Shown here piece by piece: positions 20,107-31,600 of a DNA stretch of 64,000 nucleotides. The notes beneath the pieces are model-generated. The model was not told where the DNA came from. It worked only from the letters and a program-made list of their open reading frames with translations, and did not search any database. The DNA comes from an uncultured Candidatus Saccharibacteria bacterium (GTDB lineage: Bacteria; Patescibacteriota; Saccharimonadia; Saccharimonadales; JAGQNJ01): positions 1,949-65,948 of the forward strand of contig CAZRVM010000001.1 of the NCBI GenBank assembly GCA_964603625.1. Reading direction: 5' to 3'. Made by a program: the position numbers and the translations under genes. Within the stretch, counting starts at the first letter, position 1; each line of letters starts with the position of its first letter.

Positions 20107-20967
20107 CTACCTTCTCTTACTTTCGTGTCTGGAACGAATTATAAATTTATTGCTAGTTTTGCGCCTGCGTGTCTTATAGCCTAAGGTTTTTTGGCCCCAA
20201 GGTGTCTTAGGGGCAGCTCCGTGATTCTTACCTCCACCAATACCATGCCTTCCGCCATCGCCACCACCATGCGGGTGATCTACTGCGTTCATAACTACTC
20301 CACGAACAGTCGGGCGTATTCCCATATTTCGCTTTCGGCCAGCAGAACCATACTTAATATTTTTATGCTGTTCATTACCAACTACACCTAGGCTAGCCCA
20401 ACAATTTATATTTACCATTCTAATTTCACCACTTGGTAATTTAACTTGAGCATAATTGCCTTCTTTAGCAGTTAGTTGAGCGCTAGTTCCAGCGCTTCTA
20501 ACCATTTGAGCACCACTTCCTAGTTTCATTTCTATGGCATGAATTGTGCTACCAACCGGAATCTGAGTAAGTGGCAATCTATTACCAATCTCTATTGGGC
20601 ATTCAGTATTTGCTTCAATTGTTTGACCAACTTTCATGCCATTTACTGCTAATATATAGTGGTATTTATTGTTATTATCTTTTATGCGAGCAATATTTGC
20701 CGATCTATTTGGGTCATACTCAATAGCTTCAATAACTGCCGATGTGCCAATACTTAAATTGAAATTAACTATTCTATAAAACCGCTTAGCTCCACCACCT
20801 CTGTGTCTTACAGTAATTCTACCCTGATTATTTCGGCCACTATTTTGTTTTTTAGCAATTGTTAAAGACTTTAGGGGCCTTTGTTTTTTGGCTGTAATTT
20901 CATCAAAATCACGACTCGTCATACCACGACGCGCAGGCGTTGTTGGCTTATAAACTTTAATGGCCAT
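20107..20967 (-). CDS. rplB: 50S ribosomal protein L2
   Basis: [15 protein letters not shown]...[10 protein letters not shown]. Confidence 0.96.
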   Translation of the reverse strand: MAIKVYKPTTPARRGMTSRDFDEITAKKQRPLKSLTIAKKQNSGRNNQGRITVRHRGGGAKRFYRIVNFNLSIGTSAVIEAIEYDPNRSANIARIKDNNNKYHYILAVNGMKVGQTIEANTECPIEIGNRLPLTQIPVGSTIHAIEMKLGSGAQMVRSAGTSAQLTAKEGNYAQVKLPSGEIRMVNINCWASLGVVGNEQHKNIKYGSAGRKRNMGIRPTVRGVVMNAVDHPHGGGDGGRHGIGGGKNHGAAPKTPWGQKTLGYKTRRRKTSNKFIIRSRHESKRR

Positions 20968-21326
20968 TACTTAGACTCCTTAGATTTTGAATTTAAATCT
21001 TTCTTTGTAGATTTTTTATTAGATTTCTCTTCTTCGCCAAATATATTAATAGAATCGCCTTCTTTTAATCTAACATAGGCTTTTTTAATGTCTACTCTTT
21101 TTCCGGAAACTGGTTGGGTACGTTTTTGATACGATTTTTTTACTTTTCCTTTGACTATAACCAATCTTACATCTTTAACCGTAACAGAAAACTGACTTGA
21201 AACTGATTGACTAACCAACTGTTTATTAGAAGAAAAAGGCACATTAAATACATAGGTATTCATATCAATACTTTGCTTATAGGCTTTTTCACTCATAATT
21301 GGTTTTAGTATTAAAGATTTAGACAT
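20967..21326 (-). CDS. rplW: 50S ribosomal protein L23 (with Lys/Ser-rich C-terminal extension)
   Basis: Position between rplD and rplB; MSEKAYKQSIDMNTYVFNV. Confidence 0.9.
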   Translation of the reverse strand: MSKSLILKPIMSEKAYKQSIDMNTYVFNVPFSSNKQLVSQSVSSQFSVTVKDVRLVIVKGKVKKSYQKRTQPVSGKRVDIKKAYVRLKEGDSINIFGEEEKSNKKSTKKDLNSKSKESK

Positions 21327-21957
21327 TTTCCACGTCCCCCAACCATTGGTTTATAATTGCTAATGCTTTATTACTTATAATAATATGATTGGCATTTAAA
21401 ATATTATAAACATTTAAATACTTAGCTTGAGTTAATATTAAATACGGCAAATTATTAGTAGCTCTCTCTTTCAAGTTATTCTTTTCGGAGGTCACTAACA
21501 AAACATTTCTATCTGCATCTAACTTATTCAATAATTTAGTAGCAGAGCTTACTTTGCCATCGGCAAAATCAATTGTTTCAATAACTTTAATTTGTTTTGC
21601 TTTTAGGCTCAAAGCTTGTTTTATAGCCAATCTTTTGCTTTCAGAATTTAGTCTTTTAGTAAAATTCTCGTGTCCAGTTGGGCCGAAGACAATACCACCA
21701 CCACGCCAAATTGGGTTTCTGATAGATCCAAATCTGGCTCTACCAGTACCTTTTTGGCGCCAAGGTTTACGGCCACCACCTCGTACCAATCCTCTAGTCT
21801 TAACAATAGCCAAATTAGAGCGTCCTTGTGCTAAATAGCTGATGTAAGCCTGTTTTAGGAGTTCATTATTTTTAACATCGACTTCAAAAACCTCTTTAGG
21901 TAATTTTGCAGAAGTACTTGCTTTAGAGCCACTTTTAGTAAAAGTTGGAGCATTCAT
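21319..21957 (-). CDS. rplD: 50S ribosomal protein L4
   Basis: KPWRQKGTGRARFGSIRNPIWRGGG. Confidence 0.95.
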   Translation of the reverse strand: MNAPTFTKSGSKASTSAKLPKEVFEVDVKNNELLKQAYISYLAQGRSNLAIVKTRGLVRGGGRKPWRQKGTGRARFGSIRNPIWRGGGIVFGPTGHENFTKRLNSESKRLAIKQALSLKAKQIKVIETIDFADGKVSSATKLLNKLDADRNVLLVTSEKNNLKERATNNLPYLILTQAKYLNVYNILNANHIIISNKALAIINQWLGDVENV

Positions 21958-22568
21958 TAGTTTACACCCTTTAGCATGACGATACCTTTACTCGGTCCGG
22001 GCACTGAGCCTATTACACCAATTATATTGTGCTCAGTATCAACCATTGCAACTTTGATATTCTTAGTGGTTACTCTTTCAGATCCCATTTGGCCAGCCAT
22101 TTTCTTACCTTTAAATATTTTTTGCGGATACATAGAACCTATTGAACCCGGTCGACGATAACTTCTACCGCCATGAGTTTTACGGCCTCTATGAAAGTTA
22201 TGTCTTTTAATAGTTCCGGCAAAACCCTTTCCTTTGCTTACACCTGTAACATCTACTAAATCTCCAACAACAAAAATATCGGCCGAAAGTTTTTGGCCGA
22301 CAGTCATTTGTTCAGTGATTTCATTTACTTTAAATTCCTTAATGATCCTTGAGTTTGCTTTTGCTTTCTTAATATGCCCCGCAAGAGGTTTGTTAGTTTT
22401 TGCAGTCTCTTCAAAGCCAAGTTGGATTGCACTATAGCCATCTACTTCATTATTTTTTACTTGCAAAATCGTGTTTGGAGTAGCACTAAGTAAAGTAACA
22501 GCTAATACTGTACCATCTTTATCGATCGTACTAGTCATGCCTACTTTTCTAGTGATTATTGCTTTCAT
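21957..22568 (-). CDS. rplC: 50S ribosomal protein L3
   Basis: MKAIITRKVGMTS...; start placed at the ATG at 22568 with an AGGAG SD. The track ORF extends further 5'. Confidence 0.93.
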   Translation of the reverse strand: MKAIITRKVGMTSTIDKDGTVLAVTLLSATPNTILQVKNNEVDGYSAIQLGFEETAKTNKPLAGHIKKAKANSRIIKEFKVNEITEQMTVGQKLSADIFVVGDLVDVTGVSKGKGFAGTIKRHNFHRGRKTHGGRSYRRPGSIGSMYPQKIFKGKKMAGQMGSERVTTKNIKVAMVDTEHNIIGVIGSVPGPSKGIVMLKGVN

Positions 22569-22737
22569 TCTACTCCTACTTATATTTTTGCATAAAAATT
22601 CTTGGTATATAGCAGTTTTCGATATCTTATTGAACTTGCTTGTATACACCAAGAAAACAATATACCAATATATACTAACATTTTCTCATTTTATCTGTCA
22701 ACCTGTTGTTTATTTTACGCTAACTAAAAAACACTTT

Positions 22738-23070
22738 TTACATTTTAATTTCGGCATCACAACCAGCCGGTAAAGATAAGTTCATTAAATTCTCAATGGT
22801 TTTTGGGCTTGGATCTAGAACATCTATCAATCTTTTATGTATTCTCATCTCAAATTGCTCCCGACCCTTTTTGAATACATGGGGGCTTTTTACCACCGTG
22901 TATGATGTCCTATCCGTTGGAAGTGGTACTGGACCGGCAATAGTAGCTCCAGTTCTAAGTGCCGTTTCTACAATTTTTTTGGCTGATTGGTCAATTATTT
23001 TATGATCATAGGCCTTTAAACGAATTCTTATTCTTGCTTTGCTACTTTCTGACTTTTTAGCTTCTGCCAT
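22738..23070 (-). CDS. rpsJ: 30S ribosomal protein S10
   Basis: [40 protein letters not shown]. Confidence 0.96.
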   Translation of the reverse strand: MAEAKKSESSKARIRIRLKAYDHKIIDQSAKKIVETALRTGATIAGPVPLPTDRTSYTVVKSPHVFKKGREQFEMRIHKRLIDVLDPSPKTIENLMNLSLPAGCDAEIKM

Positions 23071-23420
23071 TTATGCTATCTCCTTTTGTTGTGATGTAAC
23101 ATCTTTGCAAAGTAATTTAACATTTGTAACGAGTTTTAATCATCACGATTATTTTGTACCCATACATATTACAACATATTTAATACTTATTCAAATCATT
23201 ATTAGAAACTGCCAGCCAAAAATTTCTGATTTTTTGTATTTATATTGTTTTTGAAGAATTACATTAGCATTGAAATAAGCAATAAGGAAAGTTTTGACTG
23301 CAAGTTTAGATGCCGTACATATATATATGATAGCAATTCCTACCACAATTTTTTTAGATACAGAGATAAATAGGATCTATATTTGAGTTTTAAAATGTTT
23401 GTATCCAGACTTTAAACTGC

Positions 23421-23462
23421 TTTTAATAAAAATTAAGACTCGAAATATATTTGAGTCTTAAT
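23421..23462 (-). terminator. rho-independent terminator downstream of tuf
   Basis: 10-bp stem attaagactc / gagtcttaat with an 11-nt loop, followed on the minus strand by TTTTTATT. It lies 20 nt after the tuf stop. Confidence 0.6.
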
Positions 23463-23483
23463 TTCATTTGTCTGCAAGAAAGA

Positions 23484-24665
23484 TTATTTATTTATCTTGG
23501 TTACAACTCCAGCTCCAACCGTACGGCCACCTTCACGAATAGCAAAGCGCTGTCCTTGATCCATAGCAATAGGCTGAATCAGTTTAACTTTAAAAGTTAC
23601 TGTGTCGCCCGGCATCACCATTTCTTTATCTGCAGGAAGTTCTACTTCTCCAGTTACATCAGTAGTCCTAAAGTAGAATTGTGGTTTATAACCCTTAAAG
23701 AATGGAGTATGGCGACCACCCTCTTCTTTAGTTAAAACATAAACTTCGGCATCAAACTCAGTATGAGGATTAATTGTACCTGGTTTTGCTAAAACTTGAC
23801 CGCGTTCAATATCATCGCGTTCAACACCGCGAAGTAAGATTCCAACATTATCACCAGCTTGGCCTTGGTCAAGGTTCTTCTTAAACATTTCTACGCCAGT
23901 AACAACACTTTTCTTAGTGTCTCTAATTCCAACTATTTCTACTTCATCGTTAATTTTAACGATACCCTGTTCTATACGACCAGTAGCAACCGTACCTCGC
24001 CCCTTAATAGAAAAGACATCTTCAATTGCCATCATAAATGGTTTGTCTAGATCTCTCTTTGGCTCAGGGATGAAATCGTCCATTGCCTTAACTAGATCCA
24101 TAACAGCATCCATATCTGACTCCGAGCCTTCTAATGCTTTTGTTGCGGAACCTTTGATAATAGGTGCGTCTTCGTCAAACCCATTCTTAGCAAGTAGTTC
24201 ACGAACGTCCATTTCTACAAGTTCAACAAGTTCTGGATCAGCTAGGTCCATTTTATTTAAAAACACAACTATTTTTGGAACACCAACTTGACGAGCAAGC
24301 AAAACATGTTCTCTGGTTTGAGGCATAGGGCCATCTGCTGCTGAAACTACTAAAACAGCTCCATCTACTTGGGCTGCACCAGTAATCATATTCTTAATAT
24401 AGTCGGCGTGACCTGGCATATCAACATGAGCGTAATGCCTTTTATCTGTCTCATATTCTTGGTGAGACACAGCAATAGTTATGCCTCTCTGCTTTTCTTC
24501 AGGCGCATTATCAATTTGATCATAATTGATAGGTTTATTTATTTCACTTGGAAGTCGTTTAGACAGCGTGTGCGTAATTGCAGCCGTTAGAGTTGTTTTG
24601 CCATGGTCAACATGACCCATTGTACCTACATTTACATGAGGTTTGCTTCTATCGAAGTCAGCCAT
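23484..24665 (-). CDS. tuf: elongation factor Tu
   Basis: [15 protein letters not shown] and [18 protein letters not shown]. 393 aa. Confidence 0.98.
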   Translation of the reverse strand: MADFDRSKPHVNVGTMGHVDHGKTTLTAAITHTLSKRLPSEINKPINYDQIDNAPEEKQRGITIAVSHQEYETDKRHYAHVDMPGHADYIKNMITGAAQVDGAVLVVSAADGPMPQTREHVLLARQVGVPKIVVFLNKMDLADPELVELVEMDVRELLAKNGFDEDAPIIKGSATKALEGSESDMDAVMDLVKAMDDFIPEPKRDLDKPFMMAIEDVFSIKGRGTVATGRIEQGIVKINDEVEIVGIRDTKKSVVTGVEMFKKNLDQGQAGDNVGILLRGVERDDIERGQVLAKPGTINPHTEFDAEVYVLTKEEGGRHTPFFKGYKPQFYFRTTDVTGEVELPADKEMVMPGDTVTFKVKLIQPIAMDQGQRFAIREGGRTVGAGVVTKINK

Positions 24666-24777
24666 TATTTTAGCTCCTTTATTAAATTAATTTTATCTTG
24701 TAAATCTATATAATACTCACAAGAGATACTTATTAATATTATCTGAAAATAACTATTTTGTAAAGCAAATTGAAGCA

Positions 24778-24981
24778 TTAAATTTCATCTGAGTTTTCTA
24801 TCTTTTCTATTATAGGTTCGTCTACTCCAATGCTAACACTAAGTTGGGTAAATGTATCGCTAATTTGGGCAACATGTTTAGTTAAAAGTTGCCCTATTCT
24901 TTTACTAAAACTTACCATAATTGATGAGTGCTGTTCTCTTATTTCAGACAATGGAACAATTGATTCTCTTTTACTACTCAT
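24778..24981 (-). CDS. hypothetical small protein (about 67 aa) between fusA and tuf
   Basis: The ORF fills the fusA-tuf spacer. The track ORF begins at a TTG (25014) that overlaps the fusA end; the first ATG is at 24981. No recognisable motif. Confidence 0.35.
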   Translation of the reverse strand: MSSKRESIVPLSEIREQHSSIMVSFSKRIGQLLTKHVAQISDTFTQLSVSIGVDEPIIEKIENSDEI

Positions 24982-24991
24982 AAAACTTAGC

Positions 24992-27079
24992 TTATTTAGA
25001 ATTCTTTGCAACAATTGCCTCTGTTACATGATTTGGCACATCTGCATAATGGTCTAATTCCATGCTAGAACCAGCTCGACCTTGTGTCATAGATCTTAAG
25101 TTTGTTGTATAACCAAACATTTCTCCAAGAGGTACAAAAGCCGTAATTTCTTTAACACCAGCTGAAAGATCTTCCATTGATTCAACTCGTCCTCGTTTGC
25201 TATTTAAATCACCAATGACATCGCCCATAAAGTTCTCTGGTGTTACAACCACGACCTTCATTATTGGCTCAAGTAAAACAGGGTTAGATCTTTTAACGCC
25301 CTCTTGCAAAGCCATACTTCCGGCAATTTTAAAAGCCATTTCACTAGAATCTACATCATGATAACTTCCGTCATAAAGTTCAGCTTTGATATCTACTACC
25401 GGATAGCCTGCTAAAACACCATTAGCCATAGACTCCTCAATTCCTGCTTTTACTGGATTAATATACTCAGCAGGCACCACTCCACCTTTGATTGAGTTGA
25501 TGAATTCAAAACCTTTTCCTGCTTCATTTTGCGAAAGTCTTAACCAAACATGTCCATACTGGCCTCTACCGCCAGATTGTCGAATAAATTTACCTTCAAC
25601 TTCGGTATTATCTTTTCTGATAGTTTCACGATAAGCAACTTGAGGCTGACCTATATTAGCTTCAACATTGAACTCTCGCTTCATTCTGTCTACTAAAATT
25701 TCAAGGTGTAATTCTCCCATCCCAGATATAATGGTTTGCCCTGTTTCCTCGTCTACTTTAATTCTGAAAGTTGGGTCTTCTTCAGCAAGTCTCTGTAGTG
25801 CTAAACTCATTTTTTCTTGATCGGCCTTAGTTTTTGGCTCAATAGCAATACTTACGGGTGGCTCTGGAAAGGTAATACTTTCAAGTACTATCGGATTATT
25901 TTGATCACACAATGTATTACCAGTAGTTGTGCCTTTTAAGCCAACAATGGCAGCAATATCACCAGCCTCAACTTCTGTTACATCGTCTCGTTTATCTGCA
26001 TGCAGGCGCACAATTCGACCAACTCGTTCTTTTTCTCCCGTGCTACTATTAAAAATATAAGATCCGGCTAAAATTTTTCCAGAATAAACTCTAAAATATG
26101 CTAATTTACCCACAAAAGGGTCAGATGTTATCTTAAAAGCTAATGCTGAAAACGGCTCAGTAATGCTTGGTTTGCGTTCAATTTCTTCATCTGTTTTAGG
26201 ATGCTTACCCCAAGTTGAGCCTACATCTAATGGACTTGGTAAAAAATCATTAACCATATCTAATACTTTTTCAACAATTACACCTCGACCATCGCCACCT
26301 GTTACCGGAAAGAATTTGCCTGTTAAAGTTGCTGTTCTTATAGCTTGCTTAACTTCTTCTTCGGTCAAGCCTTCTTCGCCTACTTCAAAATACTTTTCAA
26401 GCATTGTTTCGTCTTCAGCAACAGCATTTTCAATTAACAAGCTACGATATTTTTTAGCTTTTTCTAGCATATCTGCAGGGATTTCTCCTTCAACAAGTTC
26501 TTTATCGGAGAATTCTTTGTATGTATAGGATTTCATATTGATTAAATCCACTACGCCATTGATAGACTGTTCAAAACCGATTGGCAAGTGAACTGGAAAA
26601 GCATGCTTGTTAAGTCTGTTATGAATAGAATCTAACGATTTATAGAAATCACCACCCGTTTGATTAATCTTATTAATAAAGCAAATTCGTGGCACGCCGT
26701 ATTTATCTGCCTGACGCCAAACTGTTTCACTTTGCGATTCAACACCCATTTTGCCATCAAAAACTACGCATGCTCCGTCTAGCACTCGCAAGGATCTTTC
26801 AACTTCAACTGTAAAATCAATATGCCCTGGTGTATCAATAATATTAATTTGGTGATTTTTCCAAAAACAAGTTACCGATGCAGCCACTATTGTAATACCA
26901 CGCTCGCGTTCTTGTGCCATCCAGTCGGTAGTTGTTTCTCCCTCATGTACAGCACCAATTTTATGATTTAAACCAGTTCGGTACAGAATACCTTCAGTTG
27001 TGGTTGTTTTACCTGCATCAATATGGGCAATGATGCCCAAGTTGCGTATGTCTTTCATTTCTACTTTTTTATCTGCCAT
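24992..27079 (-). CDS. fusA: elongation factor G
   Basis: [20 protein letters not shown]. 695 aa. Confidence 0.98.
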   Translation of the reverse strand: MADKKVEMKDIRNLGIIAHIDAGKTTTTEGILYRTGLNHKIGAVHEGETTTDWMAQERERGITIVAASVTCFWKNHQINIIDTPGHIDFTVEVERSLRVLDGACVVFDGKMGVESQSETVWRQADKYGVPRICFINKINQTGGDFYKSLDSIHNRLNKHAFPVHLPIGFEQSINGVVDLINMKSYTYKEFSDKELVEGEIPADMLEKAKKYRSLLIENAVAEDETMLEKYFEVGEEGLTEEEVKQAIRTATLTGKFFPVTGGDGRGVIVEKVLDMVNDFLPSPLDVGSTWGKHPKTDEEIERKPSITEPFSALAFKITSDPFVGKLAYFRVYSGKILAGSYIFNSSTGEKERVGRIVRLHADKRDDVTEVEAGDIAAIVGLKGTTTGNTLCDQNNPIVLESITFPEPPVSIAIEPKTKADQEKMSLALQRLAEEDPTFRIKVDEETGQTIISGMGELHLEILVDRMKREFNVEANIGQPQVAYRETIRKDNTEVEGKFIRQSGGRGQYGHVWLRLSQNEAGKGFEFINSIKGGVVPAEYINPVKAGIEESMANGVLAGYPVVDIKAELYDGSYHDVDSSEMAFKIAGSMALQEGVKRSNPVLLEPIMKVVVVTPENFMGDVIGDLNSKRGRVESMEDLSAGVKEITAFVPLGEMFGYTTNLRSMTQGRAGSSMELDHYADVPNHVTEAIVAKNSK

Positions 27080-27094
27080 GTTTTTCCTTTCTGT

Positions 27095-27433
27095 TTACTG
27101 ATTGTTCCATTTATTTACAAATTGTTCTTTGTCTGAAATTCCACCAAGTATTGAAAGCATTAGATTTGTTGCATCTAGAACTATTACTAAATTTTCTTCA
27201 GGGCTACTTTTATCACCCCTAATCTCTTCATTAAAAACAATCGCTGTACAATTTTTATCTGTAAATTCATGTTCGTACTTTAGCCCGCGATCAGTAATTG
27301 TAGAAAGTAAGCTTTCCGAATGTTCAAAAGGTGGCTCAATCCGAATATAGCCATAATCAAATGTTTTTTCACAACCAACAACAGCGGTGTATTCACCATG
27401 TTCTAATTTGTGATCAATTTCAATAAGTGGCAT
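27095..27433 (-). CDS. hypothetical acidic protein (112 aa) inserted between rpsG and fusA
   Basis: Exactly fills the rpsG-fusA gap (8 nt and 15 nt spacers). No confident family assignment. Confidence 0.55.
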   Translation of the reverse strand: MPLIEIDHKLEHGEYTAVVGCEKTFDYGYIRIEPPFEHSESLLSTITDRGLKYEHEFTDKNCTAIVFNEEIRGDKSSPEENLVIVLDATNLMLSILGGISDKEQFVNKWNNQ

Positions 27434-27441
27434 TATTCTAA

Positions 27442-27918
27442 TTACCTGGCAAAGTGGGCAAAAGCTCGGTTGGCTTCAGCCATCTTATGAGTATCTTCAC
27501 GCTTTTTAACTGCAATACCGGTGTTATTGTAAGCATCTGTAAGTTCTTGGGCAATCCTATCAACCATACTCATACCTTTATGACTTCTAGCCGATTGGAC
27601 AAACCACATAATAGTTAAATGCTGTTGACGCTGACCTTTAACTTCAAAAGGAATCTGATAGTTAGCACCACCAACTCTCCGTGAGCGCGTTTCGAGTTGT
27701 GGCTGGATATTTTTCATTGCTTGTTCAAAGATATCTAAAGGATTTTTGACTTTTAGTTTATCGGCAGATTTTTGCATTCCATCATACACTAATCTTTCGG
27801 CAAGTTGTTTTTTGCCATTAAGCATTACTCTATTGATAACCTTTTGAACCTGCACACTATTATAGATTCTATCTGGTTGAATATCTCTAATTAAAGACTT
27901 AGTTTTTTTTCTAGGCAT
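27442..27918 (-). CDS. rpsG: 30S ribosomal protein S7
   Basis: MPRKKTKSLIRDIQPDRIYNS... Confidence 0.96.
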   Translation of the reverse strand: MPRKKTKSLIRDIQPDRIYNSVQVQKVINRVMLNGKKQLAERLVYDGMQKSADKLKVKNPLDIFEQAMKNIQPQLETRSRRVGGANYQIPFEVKGQRQQHLTIMWFVQSARSHKGMSMVDRIAQELTDAYNNTGIAVKKREDTHKMAEANRAFAHFAR

Positions 27919-28162
27919 TTTTGCCTCCTACTTTCTTTATATAAGAAAAATAATCATTATATTCATTGTCTTCCTTAGCAATAGCTTGAACCGCTAAAGA
28001 TGCAAGCCCACATTGCAAACTAGGAATTGCTTCACATATATTATGACATTCAGACTTAAACGATCTTCCTGTAATTTCCACATATTGTTGATTATAATCA
28101 CACTCACCACAATCAGGTAAAGTTACATTATAATCTTCGGTTATTGGATAAAATTCAACCAT
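27911..28162 (-). CDS. hypothetical Cys-rich small protein (83 aa) inserted between rpsL and rpsG
   Basis: Its start overlaps the rpsL stop (TAATG) and its stop overlaps the rpsG start by 8 nt. Cysteines occur as CGEC...ECHNIC...C (C18, C21, C39, C43, C51). Confidence 0.55.
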   Translation of the reverse strand: MVEFYPITEDYNVTLPDCGECDYNQQYVEITGRSFKSECHNICEAIPSLQCGLASLAVQAIAKEDNEYNDYFSYIKKVGGKNA

Positions 28163-28575
28163 TATTTACCTGCCTTTTTTGTGCCATATTTAGAACGGCC
28201 TTGTTTTCGATTTTCAACACCCTGCAAATCTAAAGCTCCACGAACAATATGATAGCGCACACCGGGCAAGTCTTTTACTCGGCCACCACGGATCATTACA
28301 ACTGCGTGTTCTTGTAAGTTATGACCTTCTCCACCAATATAAGCCCATACTTCGTGGCCATTTTGCAACCTTACACGAGCTACTTTTCTAAGTGCCGAGT
28401 TAGGTTTCTTAGGTGTTTTAGTTGTTACCTTAACGCAAACGCCTCTTTTAAATGGTGATGGCTTTTCATAGTTTTTAGTTTTCAAACTATTCACCACCCG
28501 GTGTAAAGCCGGTGATTTAGATTTTTTAATTGTTTTAGTTCTAGGTTTTCGAACTAATTGATTGATAGTTGGCAC
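28162..28575 (-). CDS. rpsL: 30S ribosomal protein S12
   Basis: [12 protein letters not shown]... Confidence 0.97.
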   Translation of the reverse strand: MPTINQLVRKPRTKTIKKSKSPALHRVVNSLKTKNYEKPSPFKRGVCVKVTTKTPKKPNSALRKVARVRLQNGHEVWAYIGGEGHNLQEHAVVMIRGGRVKDLPGVRYHIVRGALDLQGVENRKQGRSKYGTKKAGK

Positions 28576-28671
28576 TTGTTCTCCTTTTAAAGTTTGTAAT
28601 CTACTGCAACATTTGCAAATGCCGCTGCAATGGCTCGGACTACTTAATTTAACATATTGATTCTAACAGAT

Positions 28672-31600
28672 TTAAATATCTGTTGCAACCTCTGCTTCAG
28701 TTTCTTGTTGAGTATAGGCATTAAAACCTGTACCAACCGGAATTTTCCTACCCAAAATAACATTCTCTTTTAAGCCAAATAAACGATCTACTTTACCACT
28801 TGTTGCGGCTGATATCAAAACTCTAGTAGTATCCTGAAAACTTGCAGCACTAAGGAAAGATTCTGTAGATAATGACGCCTTAGTTATGCCTAAAAGCAAC
28901 TGATTAAAGACAGCCGGAGCTTTATTTTCAGATTGCAATTTGTCATTTTCGGCCTGAACTGAGATTTTGCTAACAATATCACCAGTTACAAAATCACTAT
29001 CTCCAGCATCTTCAATTTGCACTCGGCTAAACATCTGTCTTACGATTATTTCTAAGTGCTTTTCAGCAATATTTTGACCTTGAGAAGCAAAAATCATTAG
29101 CACTTCGTTCATTATATAACGCTGTGTAGCTTCTACGCCCTGAAGATTAATTAATTCATGCAAGTTGATTGATCCATTAGTTAGCCTTTCACCAGCAACA
29201 ACTTCTTGACCATCCTTAACAAGTAATTGCTTGTTGCCTGGTATCTCATATTTTACTGATTTAGTTATATTTGGCTTTATTTGGATGCTCTTTTTTGTTA
29301 CTTTAGCTATTCCTGCCACAGAAGCTATCAATGGATTCGCACCTTTTTCTTCTGATGCAATTACATCGCCGATATTCACTAAACTACCAGATTCAATATT
29401 TGCTGTTCTTTGTTCTAAAGCCAACTTAGTAGTTTCTGCTTCTTTGGCATTAATTTCAACAACATAATGATCTCCATCTTCAGAAACTTTTACAACACCA
29501 GAAATATCTGTTAAATAAGCTTGACCTTTCGGTGTTCGAACTTCCAACAACTCTTCTACACGAGGTAAACCTTGAGTAATATCATCTGCTGCTGCCGATC
29601 CACCACCGTGGTACGCCCTAAGTGTTAGCTGAGTTCCAGGCTCACCAATACTCTGAGCTGCTATTACGCCAATAGGATGGTGATTCTCAACTAAACGACC
29701 CGTAGCTGGATCTATGCCATAGCTTTTACGGCTGACCCCTCTAACATTTTCACAACTTAAGGCACTCATTATTTTCACACCATCAATATTACCGTCAGCT
29801 TCTATTTTGTTAGCAATTTCAGTGGTAATTAATGAACCTTTTTCAACCAACTTTCCAACATTTTCAGCTGCATATCTACCAGCCAGTCGAGATCCATAGC
29901 TAACACCAATCTCTTCAGCATCTTTCCTATAAATTGCAAAACCTGGATCATCTTCGTCTTCGTCAATCGTAAATACGTCTTGACTAACATCTACCAAACG
30001 CCTTGTTAAATAGCCAGAGTCAGCAGTTTTTAAGGCTGTATCGATCATGGTTTTTCTAGTTCCTCTGGTAGATGTGAAATATTCTAGCGAAGTTAAACCA
30101 GCTTTGTAAGCAGATTTGATTGGAAGCTCAATAGCTCTACCGGTTGTGTCCATTGATACACCTAAAATACCGACCACCATTTTTACCTGGCCAATATTAC
30201 CTCTAGCACCCGAAACAACCGCAATAGACATAGCGCCATCATCTTTGGCGAATTGATCACTTAATGTTTGTTGCACATCGGCATCAATTTGTAGCCAATT
30301 CTCAACTGTTAATCGGTATCTCTCTTCTTCGGTAATGAATCCTTGATCATGTTGATCGCTAATTTGTGATGAATTCTGCTCTCCCTTTGCTATTATTGTA
30401 TCCAACCCTTTAATTTCACTAAAGTCGTCCATACCAAGACTTAAACCTGACTTGGTCGCATATTTAAAGCCTAAATCTTTTAATTTGTCGGCAATTTCAG
30501 CCGTAATTTCTTGACCATACATCTCATATGCTAAAGCCATAGCACTAGCTAATTTTTTCTTTGTCATTGCTTCATCTTGGAATGGGAAATCTTCTGGAAA
30601 TATTTCATTGAACAAAATTCTACCTAAAGTTGTAGTTAAATTCTGACCTCTAAAGTTAATACTTACAAATGACTGAAGTCTAATTTGGCTTGCATCAAGT
30701 TTCATTAAAGCTTCATCAAGGCTTGATAGTTTTTGTACGTCACTAGCTTTAATATCATTACGCTCATAAGTTAGGTAGTAACAACCCAAAACTATATCTT
30801 GTTCAATATGAAGAATTGGCGAACCATCAGCCGGTTTAAGCAGATTCTTGTTAGCAGCCATAATATCTTTAGCCTCTTTTTGCGCTAACTCAGTAAGCGG
30901 TAAATGGACCGCCATTTGATCACCGTCGAAATCGGCATTAAATCCTTTACACACCAATGGATGCAGTTGTATTGCCATACCCTCAATTAAGATTGGCTTA
31001 AAAGCCTGGACACTTAGTCTATGCAAAGATGGCGCTCTGTTAAGTAGTACATATTTACCACTAATAGCTTCGTCAAGTGCATCCCAAACAGGAGTTTCGC
31101 CCGCTTCAATCATTCTGGTAGCTGACCTTATATTATGTGCATATTCCTTTTCAATCAAACTACCAATAACAAATGGCTTAAATAGCTCGAGTGCCATCAT
31201 TTTTGGCAATCCACACTGATCCATAGTTAGCTCTGGGCCTGCAACTATTACTGAACGACCAGAATAGTCAACTCTTTTACCAAGTAGATTCTGACGAAAA
31301 CGGCCTTGCTTGCCTTTAAGCATATCACTTAAAGATTTTAGCCTTCGGCGTTGGCCAGTTGCGGCAACCGCTCTACCAGACCGAGCATTACCATTATCTA
31401 TCAAAGCATCAACTGCCTCTTGAAGCATTCTTTGTTCATTACGCCGAATAACTTCTGGAGCATTTAGTTCTATCAATTTCTTTAATCGATTATTGCGGTT
31501 GATAACTCGCCGATACAAATCATTTAAATCACTCGTTGCAAATCTTCCACCGGCTAGTTGTACCATCGGTCTCAAATCTGGAGGAATAACGGGCAGAACA

